DNA of 64,000 bases from an uncultured Phycisphaeraceae bacterium (lineage in GTDB: Bacteria; Planctomycetota; Phycisphaerae; UBA1845): contig CAZGJA010000091.1 in the NCBI GenBank assembly GCA_964526695.1, positions 82,036 through 146,035 on the forward strand, written 5' to 3'. The notes beneath the pieces were generated by a model. That model did no database searches, was not told the origin of the DNA, and worked only from the letters and a program-made list of their open reading frames with translations. Below are positions 10,094 through 19,430 of this stretch, piece after piece. Position 1 is the stretch's first letter. Each line of letters starts with the position of its first letter. The translations under genes and the position numbers were made by a program.

Positions 10094-12429
10094 CGCTTGG
10101 CCGCCTGAAGCTCGGACAGCCTGATCCTCACCCGCGGCGCAGGCCGCGCATCCATCCCGAACAGCATCGCCCCCTCCATCGACGCCGCCACGGCGCAACC
10201 GACCAGACAATCCAGCCAGTGGTTGTCCGCGCCGTCGAGGCGCAGCTTCCATTCATCCACCGTGCGGCCGCGGCCCTCCGTTTTCACGCGGTACTCGCTG
10301 GTCAGATGCTCGGCGACCAGGCGGTGGTCATCGGGATTGCGGCCGAAGAGCGACAGGCACCCCGGGTCGCCCATCGGCACAGCCAGCCGGGCGTGGACGA
10401 AGCTCTTCCAGAAGTTCGTATCGAAGAGCGCATGCCGGACGGACCGCCGGGCAGCAACGAGCGGGATGCGCCAGTTCAGCCCCACGCGGTCGCCGCGCTT
10501 GCGCTTGTAATCGGCAAAGGGAATCGACGACGCGCCGACGTAGCGGCCGTGGCTCGGCATGATGATGCCCGCGTGCTTGCTCTGCCGGCAGAACTGATAG
10601 ACCACGTCCGACGACTGGCCCCAGTTGGCGTCGATCAAACACCGATCGATCCGTACCATCGCCCCGTCGTCGCGCCGCCATTCACGACCGACCGTTCGGT
10701 CGCACAGCCGCTCCAGTCCCGCGTAGATCGCGCCTTCCATACCCGCACGCGGCACTGCGGACGCCAGCGTGTGACGCATGTCTCGCAGCGTAAAGTAGGC
10801 CGTCTGCTGATCGGGTTCGGTGCCGTAGTCGATGACGTGCCCGGTAAAGTCGTTCTCCCACGCGGCGATAAGCCAGAACAGCGCCTTGCCCTGCACGTCG
10901 ATGAACATCGTCACGTGCGTCGCGCCGATGGGGATCTCGCCGCGGCGCAGGCCGTTGACCTTCGCGGCGATCTGATCGGCGGTGAGCAGGTCCTCGTCGG
11001 CGTGCTCCTCGGGGAGCGGTTCGTTCTGATATTCCGCCCAGAACGCCACGTCGCCGCGATCCAGGCGCAGGTTCATCGCGTGCTGAATGGCGGACAGCTC
11101 GTCGGGATGGTGCCGCTGCGGCCAGGCGATGACCGCGCCGTCGTCCATCGCCGCGCGGTTCTCCGCGTAGAACTGCGTGGCCTCACCCATGCCACGATCG
11201 GCGCGCATCCCGTCGCGCCACAGCTCCGAATACCGCGCCCACAGCGCCTCGTTGGTGGGGAACGTGTACACCATCTTCGTCCGCTCGCCCTGCCACTGCG
11301 GGTGCTTGTCTCGGTCCAGGATGCGGTCGGCCAGGTCGGAAGGGCGAACCACCGTCAATGCCATCAACCCGGCGATTTTCCGCCCCGGACCAGCCAGGCC
11401 CAGGATCGCGCCGGCCAGAATGCGCTCGCGCGCCGCGCACTGCGACGGCGACCGCGCGGATTCATCCGTCTGCGGGTCGTCAATGAGCACCAGCGACGGG
11501 CGGACGGAGGACCCGTCCACCCGTTTGTGCTTCATCCCGCGGATGCGGCCAGTGATCCCCGACACGCAAATGATCGCGCCGGACGCGCGGCTCCCGGGCA
11601 TGGTGGGCAGCACGATCTCCTTGGCCGTCCAGCCGATGTGCGTCTGCTTGCCCTGGAAGAGCTGCCCTGCGGCGCGCTGGTGGATGCCCTCCAACGCCTG
11701 GATCGGGAAGCGGACCTCGGGAAAGTCGTCCAGCAGCAGGTCATTGGACTCCAGCTCGACCTTGATCGAGTCGAGCATGTTCTCCGCGTGGTCCTCGTCG
11801 CTGCCGATGAGCGCGATGAACTCGCGGTGCCCGTAGATCAGCGACCACAGGCAGGCCGTCTCACACAGGCTCGTCTTACCGCTGCCGCGCGGCATGGCCA
11901 TTGCGAACAGCCCGCCCTCCAGCACGGCCTTTTCGATCTTGCCGATCACCTTCAGGTGATCCGGCGACCACGGCAGGTGGAACGTGAGCGGGAAGTACCG
12001 CTCGCAGAAGAAGCGGAAGTCGCGTTCGGCCCGCGCCTTCCACTGCGGGTTGGCGATCGCCGGCAGCTCGCCGATGTCGCGCCCTGACAGTGACATCTGC
12101 TCGGCGCGCGCCCGGGCGCGCTCTTTCACCGCGTCGTAGCCGACCAACCCTTCGGGCTCGGGTCGCGGCCGATGCCGCTCGAGGACCAGCCACGCGACGT
12201 AGCGCAGCAGGTCCACAATCCTCCCGTCGCCGATGCGGAATCCCGCGCGTGAACGATGGCGGTGGAGCTGGCGCTCCGAGATGACCTCACCCAGCGGCGT
12301 GGAATTGAGCAGCCGCACGAGTTCGGTCGGTTTCAACTTGCGCGGGTCAATCGGCAGAATAATGCCCTCCACGAGCCCATTCGCGATACGATACGAGCCG
12401 AGTGAAGTCTGTTGTCGAGGGCGAAACAT
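10090..12429 (-). CDS. Phage terminase large subunit, GpA family
   Basis: 779 aa. The Walker A motif is AMPRGSGKTS. There is GpA-type ATPase/nuclease architecture (LIDDPQTDE; nuclease region IDVQGKALFWLIAAWENDF). Confidence 0.9.
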   Translation of the reverse strand: MFRPRQQTSLGSYRIANGLVEGIILPIDPRKLKPTELVRLLNSTPLGEVISERQLHRHRSRAGFRIGDGRIVDLLRYVAWLVLERHRPRPEPEGLVGYDAVKERARARAEQMSLSGRDIGELPAIANPQWKARAERDFRFFCERYFPLTFHLPWSPDHLKVIGKIEKAVLEGGLFAMAMPRGSGKTSLCETACLWSLIYGHREFIALIGSDEDHAENMLDSIKVELESNDLLLDDFPEVRFPIQALEGIHQRAAGQLFQGKQTHIGWTAKEIVLPTMPGSRASGAIICVSGITGRIRGMKHKRVDGSSVRPSLVLIDDPQTDESARSPSQCAARERILAGAILGLAGPGRKIAGLMALTVVRPSDLADRILDRDKHPQWQGERTKMVYTFPTNEALWARYSELWRDGMRADRGMGEATQFYAENRAAMDDGAVIAWPQRHHPDELSAIQHAMNLRLDRGDVAFWAEYQNEPLPEEHADEDLLTADQIAAKVNGLRRGEIPIGATHVTMFIDVQGKALFWLIAAWENDFTGHVIDYGTEPDQQTAYFTLRDMRHTLASAVPRAGMEGAIYAGLERLCDRTVGREWRRDDGAMVRIDRCLIDANWGQSSDVVYQFCRQSKHAGIIMPSHGRYVGASSIPFADYKRKRGDRVGLNWRIPLVAARRSVRHALFDTNFWKSFVHARLAVPMGDPGCLSLFGRNPDDHRLVAEHLTSEYRVKTEGRGRTVDEWKLRLDGADNHWLDCLVGCAVAASMEGAMLFGMDARPAPRVRIRLSELQAAKR

Positions 12430-12829
12430 GGCTGATCAGCACATATCGAGCACTTTCGGTTGCCCGCAGTGCTTCGGTCCGGACCCCGAGGCCGCGTGGC
12501 AACACAAGCTGAAGCCTCGCAGCGAGCTGATTGATGAGTCGCACTTCGGCGTGACGCTCGGTTGCTGTCCAGCCTGCAATCAAACGTTTGTCTCGATCTT
12601 CACGGAGTTCGTCGATTGGATCGATGGCGATGATCCGCAGTATTGGGATCGCCTCCCGCTGACCGCGGCGGAAGCCGATGCGCTGGCCCTCCAAAGTGCC
12701 GCCGTGAACCTCAAGCAGATCGAGGAATTCGGTCGCGACCGCCGCCGGCTCAAGGTGGATTACCCCAAGGGCGCGCCGCGCCGGATCGCCTGGGTTACGG
12801 GCGGACTTGCGATCGTGCCCGGCCACTGA
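12428..12829 (+). CDS. Hypothetical Cys-rich small protein (133 aa)
   Basis: The ATG at 12428 overlaps the divergent terminase start (cat at 12427..12429). The sequence MADQHISSTFGCPQCFGPDPEAAWQHK...GCCPACNQTF has protein-like composition. The overlapping minus ORF 12347..12865 is Arg-rich shadow. Confidence 0.4.
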   Translation: MADQHISSTFGCPQCFGPDPEAAWQHKLKPRSELIDESHFGVTLGCCPACNQTFVSIFTEFVDWIDGDDPQYWDRLPLTAAEADALALQSAAVNLKQIEEFGRDRRRLKVDYPKGAPRRIAWVTGGLAIVPGH

Positions 12830-12854
12830 ATGCTCGTTGACGTGTTGTCGCAAC

Positions 12855-13082
12855 TTACCCGGCACGATTGACCATCTCCTTGATCAGCCACGCCGCATAG
12901 TGGACCAGGTTCATCGACCCGTCCGCATTCGTGGGCGCTCCGACGACGACGTCGGCTTCGATCATCTCGACGTCCACGCGCTCCCCGCCGACGGCCGACA
13001 GCAGCCGCGCGGCGTCGGCCAGAGGCAGCGCCGTGGGATTCAGGCCGGGCCGGAAAGTTTCAGGCGGCGAGCCGTTGGCCAT
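12855..13082 (-). CDS. Nu1-like terminase small subunit, N-terminal wHTH-like, 75 aa
   Basis: From the internal ATG (13080..13082) with GGAGGA SD: MANGSPPETFRPGLNPTALPLADAARLLSAVGGERVDVEMIEADVVVGAPTNADGSMNLVHYAAWLIKE. The pattern resembles lambda Nu1 N-terminus (LADIFG...YDSAAVIKWY). Confidence 0.35.
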   Translation of the reverse strand: MANGSPPETFRPGLNPTALPLADAARLLSAVGGERVDVEMIEADVVVGAPTNADGSMNLVHYAAWLIKEMVNRAG

Positions 13083-13238
13083 TGCAGGTCCTCCACTGAA
13101 GGGGGCGAGGTCCGCCACGGGTACGCCCACGACGCGCTGCGGGCCCACGTGGGCCGCCCTGCGCGACGCGCGGCGGCCACGGGGCCAACCCGGCGTTGCC
13201 CATCGCGCCAGGGCCGCCCGGCGCGGTGTCACGCCTTT

Positions 13239-13270
13239 GACAGTTCAACCCAAACTTTATGCGAAAATAT
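13239..13270 (+). promoter_or_regulatory. Candidate early promoter (TTGACA -35) for the plus-strand small-gene block
   Basis: ttgacagttcaacccaaactttatgcgaaaatatc lies in a locally AT-richer divergent intergenic region between the Nu1-like gene and 13369. Confidence 0.3.
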
Positions 13271-13368
13271 CTTCCGAAAAAGCGGGGAAACGCTTCCCAT
13301 CTGCGAAAACCAAGCGTAAGGACATGCATGACGCGATCGCGATGGGGCGGCGCGAATGGAGACCAAAG

Positions 13369-13560
13369 ATGACAACGCAAACGATCGAACGACTGACGCG
13401 AGGCACGCGGGTGATCAACATCACCGACGGCGAACCGGGGACGATTGAAGGCGTCTGCACCTACCGCCGAGGCGGACGGGTGTGGTCCTACGCGGTGGTG
13501 ACCACCTACGGCCGCGAGGTCTGGGACGCGAGCGAGACGCTGGTGATCGAGCAGGAGTAA
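13369..13560 (+). CDS. Small hypothetical phage protein (63 aa)
   Basis: GGAGA SD 9 nt before the ATG. The sequence MTTQTIERLTRGTRVINITDGEPG... is the first gene of the plus-strand small-gene block. Confidence 0.4.
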   Translation: MTTQTIERLTRGTRVINITDGEPGTIEGVCTYRRGGRVWSYAVVTTYGREVWDASETLVIEQE

Positions 13561-13572
13561 AGGAGAACGAAC

Positions 13573-13938
13573 ATGAAGACGACGACCGACCCGAACACGA
13601 AGACGCCGGCGAGCAACCCAGACATGAAGAATTGGGAACTGCCGCTGCTGGCCAAGGCCCGCAGGTTCTACCAGGTCACCGTGACCGAGAACGCCGGCAA
13701 CGAGCCCGCCTTCCTGCGGGCCAAGCTCGTCCAGCACGGAGCGGAGGCCGCCGACGACGCCGCGCGACGCATCCACGGGCTGATCCGAACGCTCAACGAA
13801 GCCTACGAGCGGCTGATGAACGCGGGCACGATCGATGACGCCAAGAACGCGGTGTCCTGGCTGCGGACCGATGCCTGGGACACCGTGCAGCGCGACATCG
13901 CCACGCTGGACGCGATCAGCCAGGCGCTGCGGGCTTGA
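13573..13938 (+). CDS. Hypothetical phage protein (121 aa)
   Basis: AGGAGA SD before the ATG. Helical composition. Confidence 0.55.
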   Translation: MKTTTDPNTKTPASNPDMKNWELPLLAKARRFYQVTVTENAGNEPAFLRAKLVQHGAEAADDAARRIHGLIRTLNEAYERLMNAGTIDDAKNAVSWLRTDAWDTVQRDIATLDAISQALRA

Positions 13939-13971
13939 TGAATGACACGCCGAACCCAAGGAGATCGAAAG

Positions 13972-14169
13972 ATGACCACGACCCACGCAACGACCACGAC
14001 CCGGCTCAGCCGGATGGACACGATCCGACTTCAGAAGGTGCTCAAGAGCCTCGTAGCGGCGATGGACGTGCTGCAGCGCTGCGACGACCCCGCGCTGCGC
14101 GAGGCGGCGGATGACGAACTCATGGATGTCGCGGGGCGCTTCGAGATGCTCCTCGACGAGAACCGGTAA
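13972..14169 (+). CDS. Hypothetical small phage protein (65 aa)
   Basis: AAGGAG SD before the internal ATG at 13972 (ORF track start 13942). Confidence 0.45.
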   Translation: MTTTHATTTTRLSRMDTIRLQKVLKSLVAAMDVLQRCDDPALREAADDELMDVAGRFEMLLDENR

Positions 14170-14214
14170 CACGCGCTTCCGGGCCACGCACCCGGCAAGC
14201 CAGGAGATCGAACG

Positions 14215-14442
14215 ATGAAGGCTGCCGTTGCGATTCACTATGACGCGGGTTTGGAGCGCGAAGCGCTGGCCAAGGACATGGCCGACTGGATGGCCGCGGA
14301 GTTCATTCCGTTCAAGCGCGCCCAGCGCATCGAACGCCGCATCCGCACACAGGCCCGCATGACCGGCCTCAGCGTCGAGACCATTCGTGAAGACATCCGT
14401 AGCGACGCGCGCGCCATGCTGGCCGAGGAAGGCATCGAGTAA
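14215..14442 (+). CDS. Hypothetical small phage protein (75 aa)
   Basis: CAGGAGA SD. Tightly spaced tandem small genes. Confidence 0.5.
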   Translation: MKAAVAIHYDAGLEREALAKDMADWMAAEFIPFKRAQRIERRIRTQARMTGLSVETIREDIRSDARAMLAEEGIE

Positions 14443-14469
14443 CCCCGCAACCTTGAAGGAGACCGAAAG

Positions 14470-14712
14470 ATGACCACGAACGATACCCAAAAGACCGCGA
14501 TCGAAACCTACACCGCCCGCCGCGCGGACATCGTCCGGCTGATCGACGTGCTGGAGATGGAGCTCGGCAAGTACGACGAGCGCGCCCAGGCCGAGCCGCA
14601 GCGCTGGGATTTTCCCGGCACGCTCGACTACGTCCGCACCACGCTCATCGACCTGGTCGAAGGCCTGTCGGGCATCGAGCGCGGCGAGATCGAACAATTC
14701 CTCAGCGAATGA
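14470..14712 (+). CDS. Hypothetical small phage protein (80 aa)
   Basis: GAAGGAGA SD. Confidence 0.5.
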   Translation: MTTNDTQKTAIETYTARRADIVRLIDVLEMELGKYDERAQAEPQRWDFPGTLDYVRTTLIDLVEGLSGIERGEIEQFLSE

Positions 14713-14724
14713 AAGGAGCGACCT

Positions 14725-14955
14725 ATGAAGACGATGACGTTTGAAGCGATCGAGTTCGATTCGGCCCATGAGGCCATCCAGCACTACTACGCCAGCGGCC
14801 ACGGCGACCGGGTGATCCAACTCGGCGGCAAGGCCTACCTGACCACGGAGGCGGAGGCCGAGCGCCTCGCCGCGGCGGGCGTCGAGTTCGCCTACGTCTT
14901 CGACCACGACCTGCCCGACGGGCGCAACGTGATCATGACCGTGCCGGTGAACTGA
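14725..14955 (+). CDS. Hypothetical small phage protein (76 aa)
   Basis: AAAGGAG SD. Confidence 0.5.
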   Translation: MKTMTFEAIEFDSAHEAIQHYYASGHGDRVIQLGGKAYLTTEAEAERLAAAGVEFAYVFDHDLPDGRNVIMTVPVN

Positions 14956-15036
14956 CCGCGACCCGAACGCGAGCGCCCTACGGGGCGTCAGCGCCCGGGC
15001 CGCATGGGGCGGCTCGAGGTTGAAAGGAGGAACGCG

Positions 15037-16038
15037 ATGAAGAAGAACGCGGTTCACCTGAACGGGACGTACACCGCGAAGGTGAGTGGCAAGATCGTGC
15101 GTGTCCGCATCGATGCGGAAAGCCCGTACGGGGGCTGGGACGCCACCAACCTCGGCACGCGGAAGAAGATCCGTGTGAAGAGCGCCCAGCGCCTGCGGGC
15201 CGAGGTGGGCGGCACGACGCCGCCGGCGGGCCAAGGGAACGCCCCCGTGGCGAACGTGGCGAGGGACGAGGCCAAGCCGCCCAAGGCCTACGACCCGAAC
15301 CGCTGCGCCACGAGTCGGTGCAAGGGCGAGCCGGCGCTGACGTACCTCGGCAAGCCGCTGTGCCAGAGATGCTGGGACCGACACTGCGCGGAGGAACCGG
15401 CGAGCGCGATGGTCACCGAAGGCGCGGTGCCGCTCGCGGAGGGATTGAACACGTCGCCCGTTGCGGCGGCGAATGAGGCGTCCTGGGAGCGTGCGCTGCC
15501 GGGACCGGAAGATGGGGTGAACGAGGACGACGAACACGAGGACGACAAGGATGAGGACGCCGGCAACGCGCCGGCCAACACCGGCGATGCCGGAGAACTG
15601 GACACCGAAGACATGGCCACGAAGACGAAAAACAAGAAGAGCAAGGTCCGCAAGGGCGTGACGAAGACGACTGCGGCGCGCAAGCCCAAGGTCACGGCGG
15701 ACGCCAGGACGTCGCCCGCCAAGGGCGCGAGGCCCACGAAGTCCAAGGCCCAGCGGACGACGAAGGCCGCGCCGGCCAACGGCGACGGCAAGGCCAAGCG
15801 CGTCAGCGCCATCGACGCCGCGGCGGTGATCCTCAAGGACGCGGGCACGCCGATGCGCTCGCGCGAGATCATCGAAGCCGCCGCCTCCAAAGGTCTGTGG
15901 ACCAGCCCCGCGGGCAAGACGCCGCACGCAACGCTCGACGCGGCCATGCGCCGCGAGATCAACACCAAGGGCAAGGATGCGCGGTTCACGGTCGAAGGCC
16001 GAGGCCTGTTCGGCTTCAACGCCAAGGCGGGGGCGTAG
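15037..16038 (+). CDS. DNA-binding protein with N-terminal CxxC zinc ribbon, Lys-rich histone-H1-like linker and C-terminal HARE-HTH domain
   Basis: AAAGGAGG SD before ATG 15037. The C-terminus AIDAAAVILKDAGTPMRSREIIEAAASKGLWTSPAGKTPHATLDAAMRREI...FTVEGRGLFGF matches the HARE-HTH pattern. The linker is KTKNKKSKVRKGVTKTTAARKPKV. Confidence 0.55.
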   Translation: MKKNAVHLNGTYTAKVSGKIVRVRIDAESPYGGWDATNLGTRKKIRVKSAQRLRAEVGGTTPPAGQGNAPVANVARDEAKPPKAYDPNRCATSRCKGEPALTYLGKPLCQRCWDRHCAEEPASAMVTEGAVPLAEGLNTSPVAAANEASWERALPGPEDGVNEDDEHEDDKDEDAGNAPANTGDAGELDTEDMATKTKNKKSKVRKGVTKTTAARKPKVTADARTSPAKGARPTKSKAQRTTKAAPANGDGKAKRVSAIDAAAVILKDAGTPMRSREIIEAAASKGLWTSPAGKTPHATLDAAMRREINTKGKDARFTVEGRGLFGFNAKAGA

Positions 16039-16041
16039 GTC

Positions 16042-16440
16042 ATGACGACCGCACCGATCGACAACGCGCCGCCTCGGCAACGCGTGGATGTTTTCGAGGT
16101 CCTCGACGGATGTCTGGTGCGCCGGGTCGTCCCCCGCCGCGGCGAACCGTACGAGCATCGCTGTCCGCTGGAGACCTACCGCGAACTGACGTGGGCGGCG
16201 ATCGACCTGGCCGCCGACGGCTTCACCGTCGAGACGCTGGCGGATCAGGTCCGCAGCCGACCGATCGAGGAGCACGACGACCGCGAGCCGTGGGCGTCGT
16301 ACACCAACGCCGCCGTGGCCATCGCGTTCTGGAAGGAGCGCGGGATCGTCGAAACCCGCCGCCGCCGTAACTATGTGGACGACGGGTACTTCTTCGAGGA
16401 TTCGATGATCATGTACCACGCGCTGGCCGAAGGCGCCTGA
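16042..16440 (+). CDS. Hypothetical phage protein (132 aa)
   Basis: Starts 3 nt after the previous stop. Protein-like composition. Confidence 0.5.
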   Translation: MTTAPIDNAPPRQRVDVFEVLDGCLVRRVVPRRGEPYEHRCPLETYRELTWAAIDLAADGFTVETLADQVRSRPIEEHDDREPWASYTNAAVAIAFWKERGIVETRRRRNYVDDGYFFEDSMIMYHALAEGA

Positions 16441-16561
16441 CCTCACGTACCCGCCTCCGACACCTCGGCCGACACCGGGGTGTTTCTCCGGCAACAGAGC
16501 AAAAACCAGCGAGCGCGATATACTTGAGGCGGAGCGCCTGCACCTTCGGGGGAAAAGTCGA

Positions 16562-17056
16562 ATGCGCCGGACGACGATGCACCGAATCCTGAAGTGGACT
16601 GGGACAGCGTCTTGCGCGCTTATTCTGTTGGCAACAGTCGCTTGCCTAAGATGGTATGCCGTCGGCGTTGGATTTGGCCCACCGTTCGGCATCACTTTGA
16701 GCGGTGGGGCGGTCAACGTGTATGTCGAGCATGCACACCAGCCAGGGCCTCCACCGTGGACATCCCCGGAAGGTGTGATCTTCATCCATCGAGACAGTTT
16801 CCCCGCCCGTACTGCATGGTGGCAACTTGGAGTTGTTCCGAGCTTCATGGACAATTCGCATCTGTACGTGCTCCACGTCCCACTATGGATTCTGTTTCTG
16901 TTAGCCTGCATGCCGACAATCCGCCTCTGGCGCTCCGATCGCTACCGCTCCGGGCATTGCACTCAATGCGGCTACAATCTCTTTGGCAACGTCTCTGGAT
17001 GCTGCCCCGAATGCGGCACGCCCATTACGCCACACGCTTCATCCTCCGTTGCGTGA
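16562..17056 (+). CDS. Membrane protein with C-terminal CxxCGYNL-x8-CPECG zinc ribbon
   Basis: Two hydrophobic segments followed by HCTQCGYNLFGNVSGCCPECGTPIT. This is the same motif as the chromosomal ORF 49826..50728. Confidence 0.45.
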   Translation: MRRTTMHRILKWTGTASCALILLATVACLRWYAVGVGFGPPFGITLSGGAVNVYVEHAHQPGPPPWTSPEGVIFIHRDSFPARTAWWQLGVVPSFMDNSHLYVLHVPLWILFLLACMPTIRLWRSDRYRSGHCTQCGYNLFGNVSGCCPECGTPITPHASSSVA

Positions 17057-17201
17057 ACTGCACCCCACATCCGCACCGCACTCGCACGACGACGCGACCG
17101 TGGCCACCGTGGGCCGCGATCGGCCGCGGGGTGGGCCACTGAGCCGTCCGTCGTGGACGAGGTCGTGAAGATGTCAGCGACGCGCAGGCATCCCGTAGGG
17201 T

Positions 17202-19430
17202 TCATCGCATGTTCTCCTCGCGGGGTTTCATGGAGATCGGCGAGGCGCCGGTGCGTTCCAGGACGGCGGGCTTGCCGGTGAAGCGCTGAAAGCGATCACA
17301 GATCACATCGCAGTAGAGCGGGTCGAGCTCCATCAAGAACGCCCGCCGTCCCGTCTGCTCGGCGGCGATCAGCGTGCTCCCCGAACCGCCGAAAAGGTCG
17401 AGCACGTTCTCGCCAGGCCGCGATGAATACTGCATCGCCCGCACCGAAAGTTCGGCAGGTTTCGCCGTCAAGTGTTCCATCTGCTGGGGGTTGATCTTCT
17501 TGACGTGCCAGAGGTCGGTCGCATTGTTCGGGCCGAGGTAGACGTGCGCCGCGCCCTCGCGCCAGCCGTAGAAACAATTGTGGGTTACGATGCCGTCCGC
17601 GACATAGTGCTCACCGATCGGCACGCCGAGGGAATAGACGTCTCCCGCGTGGTGTTGAACCTCGACGCTCTCGATCGGGCACCATTCGCTCCGCAACCGT
17701 GGCCTCTTGACCGGAACCAGCATCAGCCCGGGGATGAGGTTGCAGGCGCGCACCTGCATTCCCACCCGCCGCCCGAACTTGTCGCGCGTGTCGCCGATGC
17801 GGAGGATCGGATAGTGCGGGTGGCGTTGGAAGGCCGCGAGAGCCGCCAGTGCGCCCTCCTCCATGCGCCGCAGATCCAACTTCTCGTACAGGGCCGCGAT
17901 CTGGTCCGGCTGCCGCTGCTCCTTACGGGCCGGCCCGTAGCCAGGCTCCCAGTAGGTCGTCGGGATGCCGAACCGTACGGATACAGCCTGCTCTTGGACC
18001 ATCGCGTCCACATTGGACGCGTGGACGCTCAGGATCCATGCCTCCTCGGCCTTCTCCTTGGCCAGGCGCTGCTTCGGACCGAGCCCCCAGGTGGTGAGCA
18101 TCTTGGACTTGCCGACGCGCCACCAGTCCCCGCGGCGCATCAAGTAGACACACCACCAGTCCGCAAGGGCTTGGGAGAATCGTACGGTCCAGTGGTGGCC
18201 GGCCGTGCACCACGTGGCCTTCCCAGCGGCGCAGACGTTGTAGAGCAGGCCGTTGTAGACCCGGCTCGTCGCCATCACGGGTACGCCGCGTTTGGCCTGA
18301 AGGAAGTAACTGCGCGAGGCGTCAAACCCGACAACCCGGTCATGGGTCCTCATGGCCTCGATCGAGGAGTAGCCGTCAGCAGTCAAGACCTGCGTGCCGG
18401 CCGGCTGACACCACTCGTGGGCACCCATGAAATCCTTGCGCGTCAGGACCGGATGCTGCTTGTCCCAGATGATCGCCTGCGAAAAGTACAGCCCCACAGC
18501 CTTCAGCACCGGCGGGTAGTTGCCGCAGTTGGCGTAGCCGCCCCAGATGTAGAACCCGCGCCCGGGCAACAACACGCGCGCCATGTTGCCGAACCAGGCG
18601 AGGAGCATTTCGTCGAAGGCCTCGTCTGAAACGAAGTCGTTGAGCAGCGGCCGGTCCTTAGGGCGAAGCTGCGCGTGCGTGGCCTGCTTCGGTCCCTGAC
18701 GCGCCACATCGAAAGCCTGGTGATGATGCAGGCCCTTGTCGCCGCGCGCGGCATCGACGGCCTGGGTCAGATGCTGGTTCTTCATCAGAGAAAATGAACT
18801 GTTCCCTGCGGCAATCGCGTTGTTGCTGCGCGGCTCGACCTTCACGTTGTAGGGGGGGTCTGTATTTACCAAGTGGATCGGCGCGCCGTCGAGCAGCCGG
18901 TCCACGTCGGCCACGGACCCGCTATCACCACACATCAGTCTGTGCTCGCCGAGAATCCAGACGTCGCCGGGCTGGGTGACCGCTTCATCGGGCGGAGCCG
19001 GCACGTCGTCCGGATCAGTCAGACCCGCCTTGATCTCTCCGCCCATGAGCTTGGCCAGCTCGTCCTGATCGAACCCCAGCAGCGACCAGTCGATGCCGGC
19101 GCCCTGAAGGTCGGCCAGCTCAATCGGCAACAGCTCCAGATCCCACGTCGCCAGCTCGTTCGTTTTGTTGTCGGCGATGCGGTACGCGCGAATCTGCTCC
19201 GGCGTCAGATCCCGCGCGACATGCACCGGCACCTCGGTCAGCCCGAGCTTCTGCGCGGCCTTCCAGCGCGTGTGCCCGCAGATGATGACGCCTTCGCCAT
19301 CGATGACGATGGGCTGGCGGAACCCGAAGCGACGGATCGACTCTGCGACCGCGTCCACGGCGGCATCGTTGTCACGCGGGTTCTTGTCGTACGGTCTGAT
19401 CGATGAGAGCGGGCGCAGTTCTACCTGCAT
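17202..19430 (-). CDS. ParB-like nuclease domain fused to N4/N6 DNA methyltransferase, interrupted by an intein
   Basis: The start is the internal ATG at 19428..19430 (GGGAGG SD), giving MQVELRPLSSIRPYDKNPRDNDAAVDAVAESIRRFGFRQPIVI (ParB N-domain). Methyltransferase motifs are NTDPPYN, SQAIIWDK, HEW/CFYGW and LDLFGGSGST. The Hint domain lies between HEW and CFYGW. Confidence 0.85.
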   Translation of the reverse strand: MQVELRPLSSIRPYDKNPRDNDAAVDAVAESIRRFGFRQPIVIDGEGVIICGHTRWKAAQKLGLTEVPVHVARDLTPEQIRAYRIADNKTNELATWDLELLPIELADLQGAGIDWSLLGFDQDELAKLMGGEIKAGLTDPDDVPAPPDEAVTQPGDVWILGEHRLMCGDSGSVADVDRLLDGAPIHLVNTDPPYNVKVEPRSNNAIAAGNSSFSLMKNQHLTQAVDAARGDKGLHHHQAFDVARQGPKQATHAQLRPKDRPLLNDFVSDEAFDEMLLAWFGNMARVLLPGRGFYIWGGYANCGNYPPVLKAVGLYFSQAIIWDKQHPVLTRKDFMGAHEWCQPAGTQVLTADGYSSIEAMRTHDRVVGFDASRSYFLQAKRGVPVMATSRVYNGLLYNVCAAGKATWCTAGHHWTVRFSQALADWWCVYLMRRGDWWRVGKSKMLTTWGLGPKQRLAKEKAEEAWILSVHASNVDAMVQEQAVSVRFGIPTTYWEPGYGPARKEQRQPDQIAALYEKLDLRRMEEGALAALAAFQRHPHYPILRIGDTRDKFGRRVGMQVRACNLIPGLMLVPVKRPRLRSEWCPIESVEVQHHAGDVYSLGVPIGEHYVADGIVTHNCFYGWREGAAHVYLGPNNATDLWHVKKINPQQMEHLTAKPAELSVRAMQYSSRPGENVLDLFGGSGSTLIAAEQTGRRAFLMELDPLYCDVICDRFQRFTGKPAVLERTGASPISMKPREENMR
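17577..18410 (-). other. Intein (278 aa) within the methyltransferase gene
   Basis: Begins with Cys (tgt at 18408..18410) as CQPAGTQVLTADGYS. Block B is TAGHHW. Block F/G is DVYSLGVPIGEHYVADGIVTHN, followed by +1 Cys. Extein junctions reconstitute the conserved methyltransferase HEW-CFYGW region. Confidence 0.75.

Noticed and set aside
10219-12087. 622-aa plus-strand ORF antisense to the terminase
   Set aside because: Shadow ORF of the well-supported GpA terminase gene.
13060-16911. 1283-aa minus-strand ORF spanning the whole small-gene block
   Set aside because: Extremely Arg/Gly/Ala/Pro-rich with no domain-like segments. It is antisense to nine well-formed plus-strand genes that have SD sequences. 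It is a typical high-GC shadow ORF.
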